Shown: piece by piece, positions 40,638 through 56,560 of the stretch
How positions within the stretch are numbered: the stretch's first letter is position 1
How the letters are laid out: the number at the start of each line of letters is the position of its first letter
Source of the DNA: Eledone cirrhosa
Lineage: Eukaryota
NCBI GenBank assembly: GCA_964016885.1
Contig: OZ024740.1
Span: 178,188,001 to 178,252,000 of the forward strand
Length of the DNA stretch: 64,000 nt
Direction: 5' to 3'
Made by a program: the position numbers and the translations under genes
The notes under the pieces: generated by a model
What the model saw: only the letters and a program-made list of their open reading frames with translations
What the model was told of the DNA's origin: nothing
The model's database searches: none

Positions 40638-41777
40638 TCAAGATATTAATAAAGTATTGAAAACTAATAAAGTACTCAATAGTTAAAACAATTGATTTAC
40701 AATGCTTTAAAGCCAATTTAATATTTACTGATCTTTTAAAGCCAATAATTATAACTGTTTGGAGGCAGAAATGAAAAGATGGAAACAATAGCCGGTTAAA
40801 ATAATACAGCAAGGTAACAAATCATTGAGGTAGGAATCGATATCAAGCGGCTTCAATCTACTGAATCTCGCGAACACTTTGGTCAAGGTATGTCGAAAAT
40901 CTACTTACATGTGGATTGAATGGAATAGAACGTATTGACCGCGGTTCATCGTAAACCAAAATGAGGTTTTGTCGCCATGCTGTGTCTCCGCCACTAGCAT
41001 CCATCTTATGAGCAACGTAACCTGAATGTTTCGTTTTTAGTAAATGGTTGCGACTGAGACAGGATAATACTAATTGAATCTGGTCTAGCAATGAACTTGG
41101 GAATTTCTAATACAAATATATTGGCAGAAAACAATTTTCAATCAAGAGGAATTTTGGTATCACAACAGTGAGATCAATTTTTGATTCTCATTAATTCTGT
41201 TCAGAGAGTAAGAATGGAAACTTGTCAATTGAATGTTTTAAGGCATACACATACTCTGTTTCTCCCTCTCACACGTCATGACAGAGATGTGTTCACACGC
41301 ACGCATATGTACGCCTAAATGAATCTCGGTCAGTTTCAACGATGATTACAAAAGATGTTCGGTCTAGCGAATTACTGTGTAACTGACAGAGTATTCCATG
41401 GACAGGTGTAACGTTAGTAAATCCTCTTGCAAATTAAGCACAACATAATCTCTATTACATGTTCAATCTATCTGACGGGTTTTCAAACAGTTTCTGACAA
41501 CCCGATTTTAGTCAGAATCTCCCACTCGCATAGATTGAGACACAAAAACAGACATGTGTGTACGCATATGCACCCCCCCCCCCCGACACACACATGCATA
41601 TATGAATCAATATTTATGTATATCTACAATTTCTGAAAATGCCCCAGCATAGCCTCAATCCAATTACTGAAACCAGTAAAAGAAGGAAGATGTATGTATG
41701 TATGTATATGTATGAACGTGTGTCTCACTCTGTCTTTATACATACACCCTCATATATATATATATATAATATATATA

Positions 41778-41886
<109 letters not shown>

Positions 41887-42023
41887 TAAACATATCAAAC
41901 ATATTAAACAAGGGCATCCGAAAGTAAAAAAAAAGCATGTGCACAGGATAAGGTAAGTTAGAAACCCGCACACATACATCATACACACACATACACACAC
42001 ACACACACATACACACACATACA

Positions 42024-42055
<32 letters not shown>

Positions 42056-42699
42056 GACATATATACATTTCAATCGTGTCTCCTGAATGAAATGCACATT
42101 CATGCATTGATGTTATGGATTAAACGAAAGATTTATGAACTAATTTGAAGGAACTGGAATTTACCTACCACAAAAGAAAAGAAGCAGTGCAACCATACGG
42201 CTTGAGGCTGAGATAACTATTGTATGTTGATCGATGGCATCTTCCTAATTTTAACAGTCACCATTGCATCAGCTTTAATACTAGCGAACGATATCCTTTA
42301 TCTATTCGCCCATAATTTCCTTCGCTGTTGAAAACTAAAGTCTTTTGCTTGGTTATATTTTATTCTATGGTGCTTTATATTGTGTTGTTTTGTATTCTAT
42401 TCTATTGCAGGGTACATCATTGTATTGTATTGTATTGAACTGTAGTATTATATTATATTATATTACATTGATGTCGTGCTAACGATAACTGAATGACAAG
42501 AACAGATAAAGCTACGCTTTGATTGCTTCTCATTTTTCTTAACTTAGTTCCTCCCATGCACCCGACATCATTTCTGACTCCTGCTTATACTTTCATTACA
42601 CACACACACACACATACACACACACGCACACGCACACACATATATATGTACACCTGAATGAACCCCACACACAAATGTATGTATGCATACATCTCCCCT

Positions 42700-42756
<57 letters not shown>

Positions 42757-42771
42757 TTGTGTGTGTGTATT

Positions 42772-42819
<48 letters not shown>

Positions 42820-44606
42820 TATATTTTTAATGTTTTCTCTTCCTAATTTGAATTTCAGAGTTTATCTTCACTTGACCGGACACCTGCTTAATAGAAATGT
42901 TGTAAAGAATATATGATATGTCTCTAAGTATACGTTTGTGTGTGTGTGTGTGTGTGTGCAGATATGGATGGCATTGCATATGTGCACATATACATAAGTT
43001 TTTATAACTATAGTGTGTATATGCAGTTATTAAATGGTAAACTTCTGGAATATTGTACATAGTTTTACAGTGATTATGGTGTCTGGGAATTTAGCGAATT
43101 GAAGGGCCTCTAGCAGCCAAAAGTGGCGAATAGAATCGAACGATTTCTTTTAATTCAGATAGACTGTAACCAAGTTCATTTTATTTCGGCGCACCTTTGT
43201 CAGTTTTGTTTTTAAATGTTGCTCAGCACCCCCAAATCAAAATCCCTTTATTTCCCCGCTCTTGTTTAACTGTGATATTATTATTGTCACAATGATCCTG
43301 GAAGACTAGATTCAGTCAGGATGTATACATTTTATACATTAAACTCTGGTATGCAATCGGCCAGTAGATTTTTTTACCAAGTGAGGTTCTTTGTTTTCGG
43401 GGATCAATCTTTGCATCCGCCAATGCTCATTAGCTTGGTATAGGTATATTTCCATTAAAAGCTTGCTAGTAGCGATTGAGGAGATACCTTCGATAGAGAG
43501 TCTATTTTTCTGTACCGATAACCAACAATAAAGTCTCTTTCTGGTGCTTTCCAGTCCTGAAGTGTTCCTATCATAGTCTCGGGGGTATCGCCGTTGATAC
43601 TATGTTTGCAGGGACAATAGTTTCTTTGGATTTCTTTCAACTTCACTGCATCCTGTTTAAAATTCGTTTCCTCACCCTATATTTTTCTCAAGAATGAAAT
43701 TGGCGGAGTGTCTCTGGCTTTTATCGATTTACTCAACATGTCTCTATAGACTTAAGAGTAGCTTTGAATGATTTTCTTATTAACCAATGTTCTTTCAGTC
43801 ACTCTCTTCTGACAGCAGTATTTCTTAGTGATATCATTTAACTCTTGTTTGAGAGTGATCAATCTCTACCCAATAGTTCTTTTTGTAATTTTCTTCACAT
43901 ATCGTTTTTATTTATTTTTCACTGTATGTTGGGGAAATGCGTAGATTTGTTTTTGTGTACATGCGATAAACATCGCTACATGACCGAGAGTCTTTCGTAG
44001 ATCAAAGATCTCTTTTGTCCATTTAGAAATACACGATGGCAGATGTTGTGTTGTTTTATCGCTGTTTTACATTTTTAGTATCACCAACACAATGTTTTAA
44101 AGAAGTTGCTAGCGCATATATATAAACATTAATTTGCCAAAATTTGAAACATTAATCTGCTGGGAATATTCGCCTCTGATTTCGTTGATAATTTGTAAAC
44201 TTATTTTATTTGATCTTTTGTTTAATATCATCAGGTGTTGTAACACGTTACATGGTAGTTATAAACATAGATTGACTACTTTTTGAAACATTCTAATTGT
44301 TTAAAATTTTCACTTTCCCATTTTATGACACATTTAATATCGTTGACGACATTTTGATAATGCACTTGACCAACACACAATTAACAATTCTACTAATGTG
44401 TAGATTTCTGTTCAGGCAGATAAGAGAAACAATGCGAACATATTTTATTCGAACCACACATCAGCATAGACGTAACCGTTATTTCTGAAATAGTGATGAC
44501 AGAATAGTGACGAATGGATCACTAAGAAAATGTATAAGATGGTACATCGGTCGGCATCGGAAAATAGAAATGATTCTTGATGTATGTCAGTAAATATATG
44601 TATGTG

Positions 44607-44674
<68 letters not shown>

Positions 44675-45099
44675 GCTGATGCACATGTATGTGTGAGTGG
44701 GGAAATAGTGCTTCAGGTTGATCGTTTTTCAAGTATTTCGTTAGAAATAACCTTTGCATGTCGATAGAGGATGCAAGAGAAAAAAAAAGATGAGAGACAA
44801 AAAGGGAAGTTAGACTTTCAATGAGAATAACCCGAAGCTTCACGTGAATGATATAACAAACCATATTACAGTATATGCTCCTGGCTTAAATTATGAACAA
44901 TTGTTCTTCTATTGTGTCGAAACATTCGCTGAAAAGAATATTGTTGAATATGCAGTGGCATACTAATATATACTACAACACATGCATTCTCACACTCACA
45001 TATACAAAGACACATAGACAGTGGTATGGGTTCTAACCAACATACATTCATAGATACATACAAGCATAACAGAACACACTTCGCGCAAACACAGAAGCT

Positions 45100-45190
<91 letters not shown>

Positions 45191-45407
45191 CATATAAATA
45201 TATACATACATATATATACATGCACACACACATACACACACAAATTTATATAAATATAAATACGTATATATATATATATATACATACACATATATACACA
45301 CACATACACACACATATATATATATATATATATACATACATAAATATATATATATATATACACACATATATATATATATATATACATACATAAATATATA
45401 TATATAT

Positions 45408-45473
<66 letters not shown>

Positions 45474-45480
45474 GTATATA

Positions 45481-45551
<71 letters not shown>

Positions 45552-45990
45552 TGTACGTGTTTATATTTGTGTATGTGCGTGTGCGTGCGAGCGTGTGTGT
45601 ATGTATGTACATACACACTAAATCACAATTACAGTATCAAAAAAAAAACATAATGAAATTATCTGCTCTATATGACTTGCATCCATATCTCTATAAAAGA
45701 TACGAATGCCTACACAGATATAAACACACACATACAACCTTTCTCCTTTTGTGTTATTATATATTTATATATATATGTAGATGCATATATATGTACACAC
45801 ACGCACACATATATATTTATGTACATGCATATATATGTACACACACACATATATATATATATGTATATAAATATATATGTACATATATATAAATCTCTTT
45901 ATATATATATCTCCCACACCCTTCACCCCTCTCTCTACATATATATATAAATAAATATATATATATATATAGGTAAATAAATATAAATAA

Positions 45991-46035
<45 letters not shown>

Positions 46036-46259
46036 GCCTGTATGTGTGTACGTGCCTGTATGTGTGTATGTATTATATTTACTATTTATATTACAAAATA
46101 TTTTTTTTTATACCCACATATTTATATCCTTGTATATTTATCTTCGTAAATATATAAGATTATGTATGTATGTATGTATGTATGTATGTATGTATGTATG
46201 TATGTATGTATGTATGTATGTATGTATGTATGTATGTATGTATGTGTATGTATGTATGT

Positions 46260-46860
46260 CAGTTGGTGCTACTGGTAACATGTATCCCAGTACAACCTGA
46301 CTCATGGTCGGGTCGTTGGCGACTAAACTGCCAACCCACCAAGGTTTCTTGGTGAGGAGGGTGACTTTGGACATCCTGCAGGACTAAAAACAAAACCTGT
46401 CAAAGGAGCTCTTAAGAGTCAATGGCCATCCAAAGTCACCGGGAGAGATGACCCCTTAGCCTTTGTCAAGGCAGAATTATAGGAGAAGGAAAACTCTGAT
46501 ATAACACCTGCAACCCTGATGTTATCCAATAATGTTGACTTGTTCTTCTTTTTGATAAATATAATCTTGGTTAAGAGAGTGGGACTGGCTTTGTGCAGTG
46601 CCTTTGCTCACTATAAAAGCTTCACGGCACAGGCATTGCTTTATATCTGGAGATCTCTCTGCACTTGTCGTCACATGGTACCATGGGCCCAGCACTATGT
46701 GTCAATAATTGTCACAAGTGTAGTGTTTGTACCAGAGTTTTCAAGTCGCTGGCTGGACTAAAAAGTCACACTCGTTCAGCGCATCGGTAGGGTTCTCCTA
46801 TATGGATATAAAGTAGTGGCCGTACTCGAAAACGAGTTGGCAGCCACCATGTATGTATGT
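46260..46860 (+). mobile_element. RTE-derived short element (5'-UTR-like part fused to 3' C2H2 end) in (TATG)n
   Basis: GGAGAAGGAAAACTCT motif; 46710-46790 encodes CHKCSVCTRVFKSLAGLKSHTRSAHR*; (TATG)n on both sides. Confidence 0.55.
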
Positions 46861-46959
46861 ACGTACGTATGCATATGTGTGTATGAAAAATCTCACCATA
46901 AGAAAATCTCGTGTATCTTTTTATTAGAACATACTAGTAGAAAAACTTTTGTTATTTAA

Positions 46960-47138
46960 CTTTATTTTCCGTGTACTGCACACATTCGTTTATAACGCAC
47001 AACATTTTTTAACCAGAAAAATACCTTGAGAGCCTAGTTTTGGTGCATAACATTTATTTATGGTGTATACCGTGCACCCCGAAAACAAAGAAGAAAAACG
47101 TGAAAAAGCTGCAGGTTATACACGGAAGAATACGGTAC
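46960..47138. mobile_element. pogo/Tigger-like MITE
   Basis: Right end TTATACACGGAAGAATACGGTA; degenerate left end TTTTCCGTGTA. Confidence 0.5.
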
Positions 47139-47635
47139 CTGTATATATTTATGTACGGATCTATAGTTGTGTGTATATTTACATACGTATCTATATTTTT
47201 ATGTATACTTACAAACACGTTTTGGCTCCAGCTACCATAAAAACTGTGCCTCCCACGCTCCCTGCTGGAATTTGAAGCAGGCAAAAATATATAGTGTTTT
47301 CGCCTATGTAGATGGGCTGATTAGCCTCATTTGAATATGGAGCTGTACCAGCCGGCTCAGCTTGAAGGTAGCATTAAAGTTTTCGCGCCGACATAGCTGT
47401 ATACATATAAGTATATGAATGTCGTATATCTAATGATACGCGCTGGCAGTTGTCCTTCCGCTACTTCTGCTGGAATCCGCTAGACGGCGCAAGCCCTCAG
47501 CTTTTCAATATTCATAGCTAGAAGACTTCCCAATTTTTTATTTGTAAGCATATCCTATGTCATTAGATATATGAAATTTACATACTTATAATTATGTAAT
47601 TACACACACACGCACACAAACGCACGCACGCACAC

Positions 47636-47764
<129 letters not shown>

Positions 47765-48631
47765 ATGTCCGTATGCATATATGCATGTATGCTAGGTATT
47801 GGATTCCAATTCAGTCTGAGCTTTCCATTGTGAAGTTTGATTGTAAACTAATTCTATATGCTTCTATTAGCCTACGTTTCGAGAACAGCTGTCCGACCAT
47901 CAATAAATGTTAGAGATGTTCTTAAAAAATGACATAATAATTAATTACTATTAAGCAAAAGTAATTAAATGGCATTAATAGGCGGTGAACAAATGAGACG
48001 AAGGTCTCAGCTTTCATTGATGAGTCAATATTCAAGAACATAGTTTAGATCGTATCTCAATGACTGGCATTCATTTTCACATCTAGAAAATATTCCACAC
48101 CCTTCATTAGTCTTGTGTCACGTCAATTCAGATACTCTCGACTCACACCTACATCGTACTTATGGTCTCAATCTCCAGGCTCCGGACTAATCACAATTCC
48201 TATTCTTTCCTCCTTAGAACAGCGACTTTCTGGAAGTCTCTCCCTGTTCATGTCTTAGTCACTGTAGTCGAATTTGATCAGTTGAAGTCTATACTATTGT
48301 GATAGCGTTAGTAAATGCAGAAAGAGGAGAAAATACGCACATGGATAAGAAGCTAGAGCGGCGTGTCTATTAGTAATTTTATATTAACTAGACAGGTGTC
48401 AGTTTTCTATTCCAAACGCCAAATAGACAATTGTCCATCTACATTTACATTAGCGGTCGGCGGGGTAAGTAGCTGTAATATATAGGGCGTGGTTTCATTG
48501 ATAATATTCCCTCTCCGTATAACATCTCTTTTTCCCCTGTGAAAAGAAATTATTCTTGTGATAACGAGAACATATCACGATATCGACATAAACGAATGAA
48601 TGTGTGCACGTGTACGATATATATATGTATA

Positions 48632-48727
<96 letters not shown>

Positions 48728-48728
48728 G

Positions 48729-48764
<36 letters not shown>

Positions 48765-48821
48765 GGATATATATATATATCGCTATATATATGTGTATAT
48801 ATATATATATGTATATATATG

Positions 48822-48901
<80 letters not shown>

Positions 48902-49032
48902 TATACATATGGTTTTATAAATATAGTTTCCATTTGTTAATATATTGTATATTTAATCCAATAATTTGTAGAGTGCTTTATATAAGTTATAAAAATATTT
49001 AGCTTGTATCCCAACAAATTAAATATAACCTC

Positions 49033-49109
<77 letters not shown>

Positions 49110-49549
49110 CTGCGTGTGTGAACCTATGTGTGTCGGTATATAAATAGATTTATGATATTAGGAACCAGTTATGTTTGTGTTTATGTTGGAAGTTAAACAA
49201 CCAATCATTGTTAGCATTTTCCTATTTTCTCCACGTAGTACTCCAGTACTATCCAAACTCTGACCATTTGTGTTTCTATGCATTCTGTCTTTTTTCCTAC
49301 TTATCGTATTTTATATATTCTGTATTTATTTCATTTTTTTTTTTTACAAACTAACCAAATATTCTTATTTAGTAATTTTCGGTTGGTTTTGCTGCCGCTG
49401 TCAGTTTTCAAATTAGCTTTCCTGTGTTATTTGTACAACACTCCCTTGATGTTTCTCGATTGCATTATGTGCAGATGCCGAGCTGATAACGTAAACGCTA
49501 AAGCAATAAGGATTCAGTGTTGTCGTTGTCTCTTCTGTGTATGTGTTTT

Positions 49550-49582
<33 letters not shown>

Positions 49583-49709
49583 ATATATATATATATATCC
49601 GTTTTTCTCTCTCTTCATCTCCCCTCCAACCCGCTTTTTCCGCTTCTCCCCCCCTCTTCTTCCTCCTCCTCTCCCTCTTCTGTCTCTCTCTCTATATGTA
49701 TGTATGCAC

Positions 49710-49768
<59 letters not shown>

Positions 49769-49958
49769 CAGATATATATATAGAGAGATACCCCCCCCCA
49801 CACATATATATATATATATATAAATATATACTGTATATATAAGTATGTATGTGTATATATGTACCTATATATAAATACATGTTTTTATACATATATGCGT
49901 ATGCACACACAAACGTACGCATATATACTTACATTTATGTATATATGTATTTTTATGT

Positions 49959-50014
<56 letters not shown>

Positions 50015-50015
50015 T

Positions 50016-50051
<36 letters not shown>

Positions 50052-50496
50052 AACTGTCGAACGTTCAAAGCAACGATTAATGGATTGCCAGTGTGAATAT
50101 AATCAGAAATTGGGATTGAACCATCTATAGTATACTGAGAATATGGAAGGAAAATTTCTATTGTTATTCTTCTATTCTAAACACACGGTAAAACAGTTTT
50201 TCTCTGTTATCTTTGCTGTATGGAGTTAAGGATTGGTTTTGAAGATGTTTCATTTGATAAGATTCTCGGCCTATTGGTTTGTGCATTGGTTTCGAAAGCA
50301 TAAGATTGTGATATTAACTCCTGGACCGGCCAGCAAGTCATTTCCTTGAGCAAGGCACTTCATTCTGCATTTCATGGGTGTTTTACTGTTAGGAATGGGG
50401 CCACTACCATCAAATATCAGAGAAACCTTCCACGAGATGCAACCTATTATCAACCTATATACAAGACAAACCTGCATAGGTGAGAACTAGGCCTAA

Positions 50497-50659
50497 GGGC
50501 GGTGGGTTGGCAGTGTCGTTAGCGCGTCGGACATTATGCTTTTTAGCATATAGTTACGGCCCTTTACATTCTGAGTGTAAATCCCGCCGAGGTTAGCTTT
50601 ACTTTTCATCCTTAAAATAAAGGACACGTCACGCACCGGTGTCGATTTAATCGACTTTC

Positions 50660-50660
<1 letters not shown>
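50497..50660 (+). mobile_element. SINE copy
   Basis: GGGCGGTGGGTTGGCAG...AATCCCGCCGAGGTTAGC. Confidence 0.75.
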
Positions 50661-50694
<34 letters not shown>

Positions 50695-50697
<3 letters not shown>

Positions 50698-52812
50698 TGG
50701 CGTAGCTAGGGTAAACGGCGCCCAGGGCATCATCAACATTGCCCCCCCCCCCCACAAAGACGAAATTGCGGTTGAATTTATAATAAAAAAAAACAAAAAA
50801 CGGTTACAACTTGATTTTTCGGGCTTGTAATGAGGTAAACTGGTCGATAATTTCCTCGAAATTAGTTCGTTCAAACTCTTCGATTTCTACACTCAAAAGG
50901 GCGAGGTCAGTCAGCCGTTGTTGACCCATTGAGGTTCGCAAATACGAATGTATTAGCTTCAGCTTGCTGAACGACCTCTCGTAACTGGCAATTGAAATAG
51001 AAATCGTCAAAATTATTTGAATGCTGATTCGCAAATTGGGAAAAACACATTTATCGCCGTATTGTATGATGAATTTGAGAAATGCCTCCGGCTTTAAAAC
51101 TGGGTCAGCTGTCCTAGTAGCCAGCAAAGATCGGCAGTCCAAGATTTCCTCATACAATTGCTCTCCGTCGATGTCGGAGTTGTATAGTTTCGCAAGACCG
51201 TTGCACCTTTGTTTAAGGACAAGGTTATCAAGAGCAGCCAAATAAAACAGATAGTTGACATCAAGAAGAAAGCCAAAACTTGAGTCGGTTTCCTTAAGTC
51301 GAATAAACCGTTCTTCCATTTCTGTTTGAAGACGATTGAGTGAACTTTGCATTGCTCTCTCTATCTCTTTTCTGGCAGCCACCTCGACGTCCTCAGTAAT
51401 TTCGGTATTGGTTTGTCGTCTTCCTCGCCTCCTCGGAAAATCGACATTCCATTTCTGGCAGAGGTCGAACACATTTCAAGAGACTCGTGGATTAAGGATG
51501 TTCCTTTTTCTTTAAAATAAAGTTGAAGGGCTCCTATATCAGCTGCAGCATCGTGAAAATTCATTCTTGGATCTTGAAGTCTCTTTTGAACCCAGTCAAT
51601 TCGTGAGATAATCGTGTTTCAGAATCCAATAACTCAGTATCCGATTATGGAGATTACTGGCATCACTTCTACTCTCGCATGTCTCTGTTTCATCATCACT
51701 AATTTTTTCGAGAACTTGAACAATCAGCGTCAAATAATTCGCCACCGGTCTGACTGCGGTACATCTAGCACTCCACCGCGTGTCGGAAGGATATTTAACA
51801 ACCACTGGAGCAACTTCTTTAAGGGCTTCCCATCGTCGTGTTGAACGAGAAAAAAAGTTGTATAACGAGTCAATGCAACTGAAAAAGTTCATCATGGCAA
51901 AATCGTTTTTGGCTGCATGAAGACCAGCCAGATTAAGTGAATGGTTATCGCAATTAACGAAATGAATCAAATGATTATTCTCTCTCATTCTCTGCTGAAC
52001 CCCACTGCGGTGCCCAGCCATTATGGCAGCATTGTCATAGCATTGCGATCGACAGTTCTGCAGTGGTAGGTCATGTTTTTCTAGCTCTTTCACGATTGTT
52101 TCAACAAGGCTTGCGGCATCTTTTTTGATTACTTGAATGAATCCAAGAAAAGATTCCCTCACAACGACCGTCTTCATATTGAAATCAACATCGACATATC
52201 GCACAACTTTTGACAGTTGTTCTCAGGCGCCTGGTCAGGGGTCGAATCAATCAGCAGACCATAGTATCTTGCAATTTGGATACGATTTAGTAAATTCTGA
52301 CGAACTGTATTATAGAAGAAAACATTGAACCATCTAAACTGGAGTCAAATTGAATTCCTAATAGAAGCTATCCGATCCTATCTGGCCATTTGTATTATGA
52401 TAACTTTTCTATACGTCTTATGTACCAGTTGTAAAAGACAAACAACTCTGTTTTGTAAACCAGCTTCATAATTATAATTATCTTGTATTGGTCATTGCAA
52501 TGCATTGCTAAAAATAGCGCCTCCGTGTCCACCAGTTGCACCTCCAAAACTACGTCCCTTCGGTCAGTGTATGTGTATGTGTGTGTGTGTGGGGGGGGGG
52601 GTGTTGTGAAGTCAAATCAGACCTCTGCTCTATCTAGTGCACTAGACATGGCGTGTAAGTCGGCTATCAAGAAATCACATGCTTCATTTTTGGCTTATAT
52701 TTACAAAAATGATAAAAATAACATGGATGTAAATCGATCTAGGTCGAAATTGCGCCCCCCTAAATATGGCGCCCGTGGCATGTGCCCTGCTTGCCACACG
52801 CTTGCTACGCCA

Positions 52813-52815
<3 letters not shown>
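50695..52815 (-). mobile_element. hAT DNA transposon (internally deleted) with intact TIRs
   Basis: TIRs CAGTGGCGTAGC.AGG / CCTTGCTACGCCACTG inside (TA)n. Minus ORFs 51596-52204 (CRSQCYDNAA.M.G, C.NHSLNL, SDTRW) and 50804-51472 (SYERSFSKLKLI..YLRTSM.Q.RL, hATC dimerisation). Confidence 0.92.
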
Positions 52816-52861
<46 letters not shown>

Positions 52862-52866
<5 letters not shown>

Positions 52867-53587
52867 GAATTAGGATTTAGCTTCGAGAATAGCTGTATAC
52901 AGGTATGTATCGGAATTTCGTATTTCCAAAGAAATACGGCATGTTTATAAATAAACATTTAGAAAGCCGTAGATATGCAAAAACACCAGCAGCTATCGTC
53001 ACTTGGCGGTGTTCAGCAAAAGTAAGGAGGACAATCGTCGATGCGTTTTGCGAACTGAACTGGTCTCATCAGGACGATCCTTCCCTCTCTTGGAGCTGCT
53101 GGATTTGAAAACAGGCGAGTATATATAGTTTTCTCGTCTGTGTAAATGAGGTGATTAATCTCATTTGCATATGAAGCTGTATAAGTTGTCTCAACTATAA
53201 TAGAATAGAATTAGGATTTAGCTTCGAGCATAGCTGTATACAGATATGTATTGGAATTTTATATTTCTAAAGAAATACGGTATGTTTATAAATAAATATT
53301 TTGAAAGCCGTGGCTATGCACAAACACCAGCGGTTATCGCAACCTGGCGGTGAGATTAATCACCTCATTTACACAGACGAGAAAACTATATACCCTCGCC
53401 TATTTTCAAGTCCAGTAGTTGCAAGCGCGGGAGGGATCGTCCTGATAAGAACCAGTTCACTTCGAAATCCGCATCGACGATTGTACTCCTTGCTGCTGCT
53501 GGACACCACTGGTGTTTTTGCATATCTACGGCTTTCTAAATGTTTATTTATAAACATACCGTATTTCTTTAGAAATACGATATGCCA
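52862..53587. repeat. tripartite pLTR fold-back with hammerheads
   Basis: Antisense 52862-53165, partial antisense 53200-53352, sense 53352-53587. HHRs with stem I AUCGUC/GACGAU at 53034-53078 (-) and 53436-53481 (+). Confidence 0.8.
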
Positions 53588-53615
53588 ATACACACACACA
53601 CACACACACGCACAT

Positions 53616-53676
<61 letters not shown>

Positions 53677-53714
53677 AGGAGGTGTTTGTATGTATGTGTG
53701 GGTGTGTACGTATG

Positions 53715-53787
<73 letters not shown>

Positions 53788-53824
53788 TATATTGTATCTT
53801 CATGTTTGTGTGCGAACAAATGCG

Positions 53825-54430
53825 TTTATGATCAGACCATGATTCTCCAATTGAAAGAGTGCGAGTGAGATTTACACCATGCCTGCTTGTCTGACGTGTA
53901 ATTATATAATCAATTAAATGATAATAACCAGATATTGGATGCTTCCAGCTTGTTTTCAAATGATTAGACTGTTGGACGACAGTATTTATAATTAGAAGAT
54001 TAAATTCTGTACAGTGATAGCCAAAAAAAAGCCCATTCCTGTTAATCTTCTTAATGCCATATCTGCCTAAGACATTTGGCCATGCCAGATGGTCATTTCC
54101 CACCCTGGCATTTAAGTCCCTGATCAAGAACAATTTAACACCAGCAGGCAATTTTCTGAGGTGTCCATGACAGCAGGAGTGCAAATCCTCTTTAAGCTCA
54201 AATGATGAATTTAGTGCTGAGGCATAGTAACTAAAAATTAAACAATACCCTTTTCCATATTTTTACATGTAGAGTCATAATCCTCTTGTTTATACCTATG
54301 GGAAGTGATTCAAGTTGTTTTACTAAACCACTTCTAAAAGGTTCACCTTTTCCATTAGAGTATTTACCTATCCAGTGAAAGGTATATTCTCATTTTATCT
54401 CTTCTAATTGGCCATTTTCAGTACCGCTAT
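53825..54430 (-). pseudogene. RTE-like LINE APE endonuclease fragment
   Basis: DLNARVG, N.NG, L.I.NT, SWKHP....HLIDYII, WSDH. Confidence 0.75.
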
Positions 54431-55239
54431 GCTCATGTTTTGTTGCGATAAGAGACGAGATATGATGGCTGTCCTGCGTTGAGGATTACCTGTTGTATCC
54501 TGCATATTTCATGAAGATACGTACATTTTGTTTTGTGTGCACTTGCACCTGATAACCAGGTGAAGCATAAGCAAACAATTAAGTTTCCTTTTCTTGACCC
54601 CTCCTCTAAAAACGAAAATACTAGAAAATGATGCCTTGTTGTGAAAGGAGGACACACATAAACCAATTGTTCGTATGCGTTGTCAGAGACGGCAATCTAC
54701 CGTTCACTACCTATGTGCATTATTCTCTGTCTGATTTCATTGCATTTACTTACTCGACATGGTTTTTAAGGAGTACACACAATTGAAAAGTATTTGCCAA
54801 ACAATCTGATTTGTTTACATCTGTCAGTTGTTTGTGCCACACAGCGCATAGTCTCTCCATTATAACACCAAGTCCTGTACTGGTGCACAATGTGCCACAT
54901 GTCAGAAAATGTTATGATTGCAAGCTTTGGGAATCGGAGTTGTCCATGTCTTAGGCTAGATGTCTTCATGAAACTAGAAAGACCAGCCTACCCTATCGAG
55001 AGAGAAAAAAAGTGTATAATGTTTCGGGCATTTAAAAGTTATAAAAGTTTAAAAAATATAATAAAAAGTTATAAAAATCTTTTAAAAGTTATAGTAGTTT
55101 AAAAAGCTTTAATAAAAAGAATTACACACAGTCACATACATATGCACATATACATATATATGCTATACATACAGACATACACACACACATGTATATACAT
55201 GAATAAACCTGTTATTTTTATCTAAAGAGATTTTTTCCA

Positions 55240-55405
55240 ATTCCACTCCGCCCGTCCCTTCAATCTAATTTCTCATTCTTTCTTCTGATGAAGGACTACC
55301 GTCCGAAACGTTAAAACCCTCTTCCTGCTATTTCAAGCGTTAACCTAATATATTTCTTCCATATACTGTACCGATTGTGTTGATATTTCTGTTTACTTTT
55401 TACAT
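55240..55405 (+). ncRNA. Neptune-family pLTR with minimal hammerhead
   Basis: 55281-55316: UCUU CUGAUGA AGGAC UACC GUCC GAAACGUU. Closely similar to 12520-12690 (-). Confidence 0.8.
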
Positions 55406-55494
55406 ACACACACAATATATATATATATATCCAGGAAAATCTTGAACCGTTAAAATCTTCTTCCTGGATGTCAATATTTATAAAACAAACTTTG

Positions 55495-55556
55495 TATTTC
55501 ATCTGATGAGAGCGTACCAAAGTTTTGCTACGCTTGAATATATACAATAGAATAAA
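55495..55556 (+). ncRNA. hammerhead motif (degenerate GAAU)
   Basis: CUGAUGA GAGCGUA...UACGCUU GAAU AUAUAC; same family as 56319-56380. Confidence 0.55.
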
Positions 55557-55651
55557 TATGGTTTTATAAATATAGTTTCCATTTATTTAATATCATTGAT
55601 ATATATATATATGAAAAGTGTAATTTTCTACACAAAACGAAGGTTATAGAG

Positions 55652-56278
<627 letters not shown>

Positions 56279-56318
56279 ATATTAAGAAATGGAAACTATA
56301 TTTATAAAACCATATTTC

Positions 56319-56380
56319 TTTTATTATACATATTTCCAGGGCCACCAAGGCAAATTATGGTGCGCTATCATCAGATAAAA
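56319..56380 (-). ncRNA. type I hammerhead motif
   Basis: RC: UUUUAU CUGAUGA UAGCGCACCA...UGGUGGCCCUG GAAA U AUGU AUA AUAAAA. Confidence 0.75.
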
Positions 56381-56467
56381 TACAATACAGATTTGTTTTA
56401 AAAATAAATATTGACATACCCTGAAATTTTTAAGCTTGTTGAATCTCAACAAATTAAATATAACCTC

Positions 56468-56537
<70 letters not shown>

Positions 56538-56560
56538 TAGAGAAAGAGATAGATAGATAA

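Noticed and set aside
40858-41091. 77-aa ORF as a potential host exon
   Set aside because: No recognisable domain or convincing splice context.
43560-44490. Possible degraded PLE RT (DVYR.., VDDILI)
   Set aside because: Fragments are short and on opposite strands; insufficient evidence.
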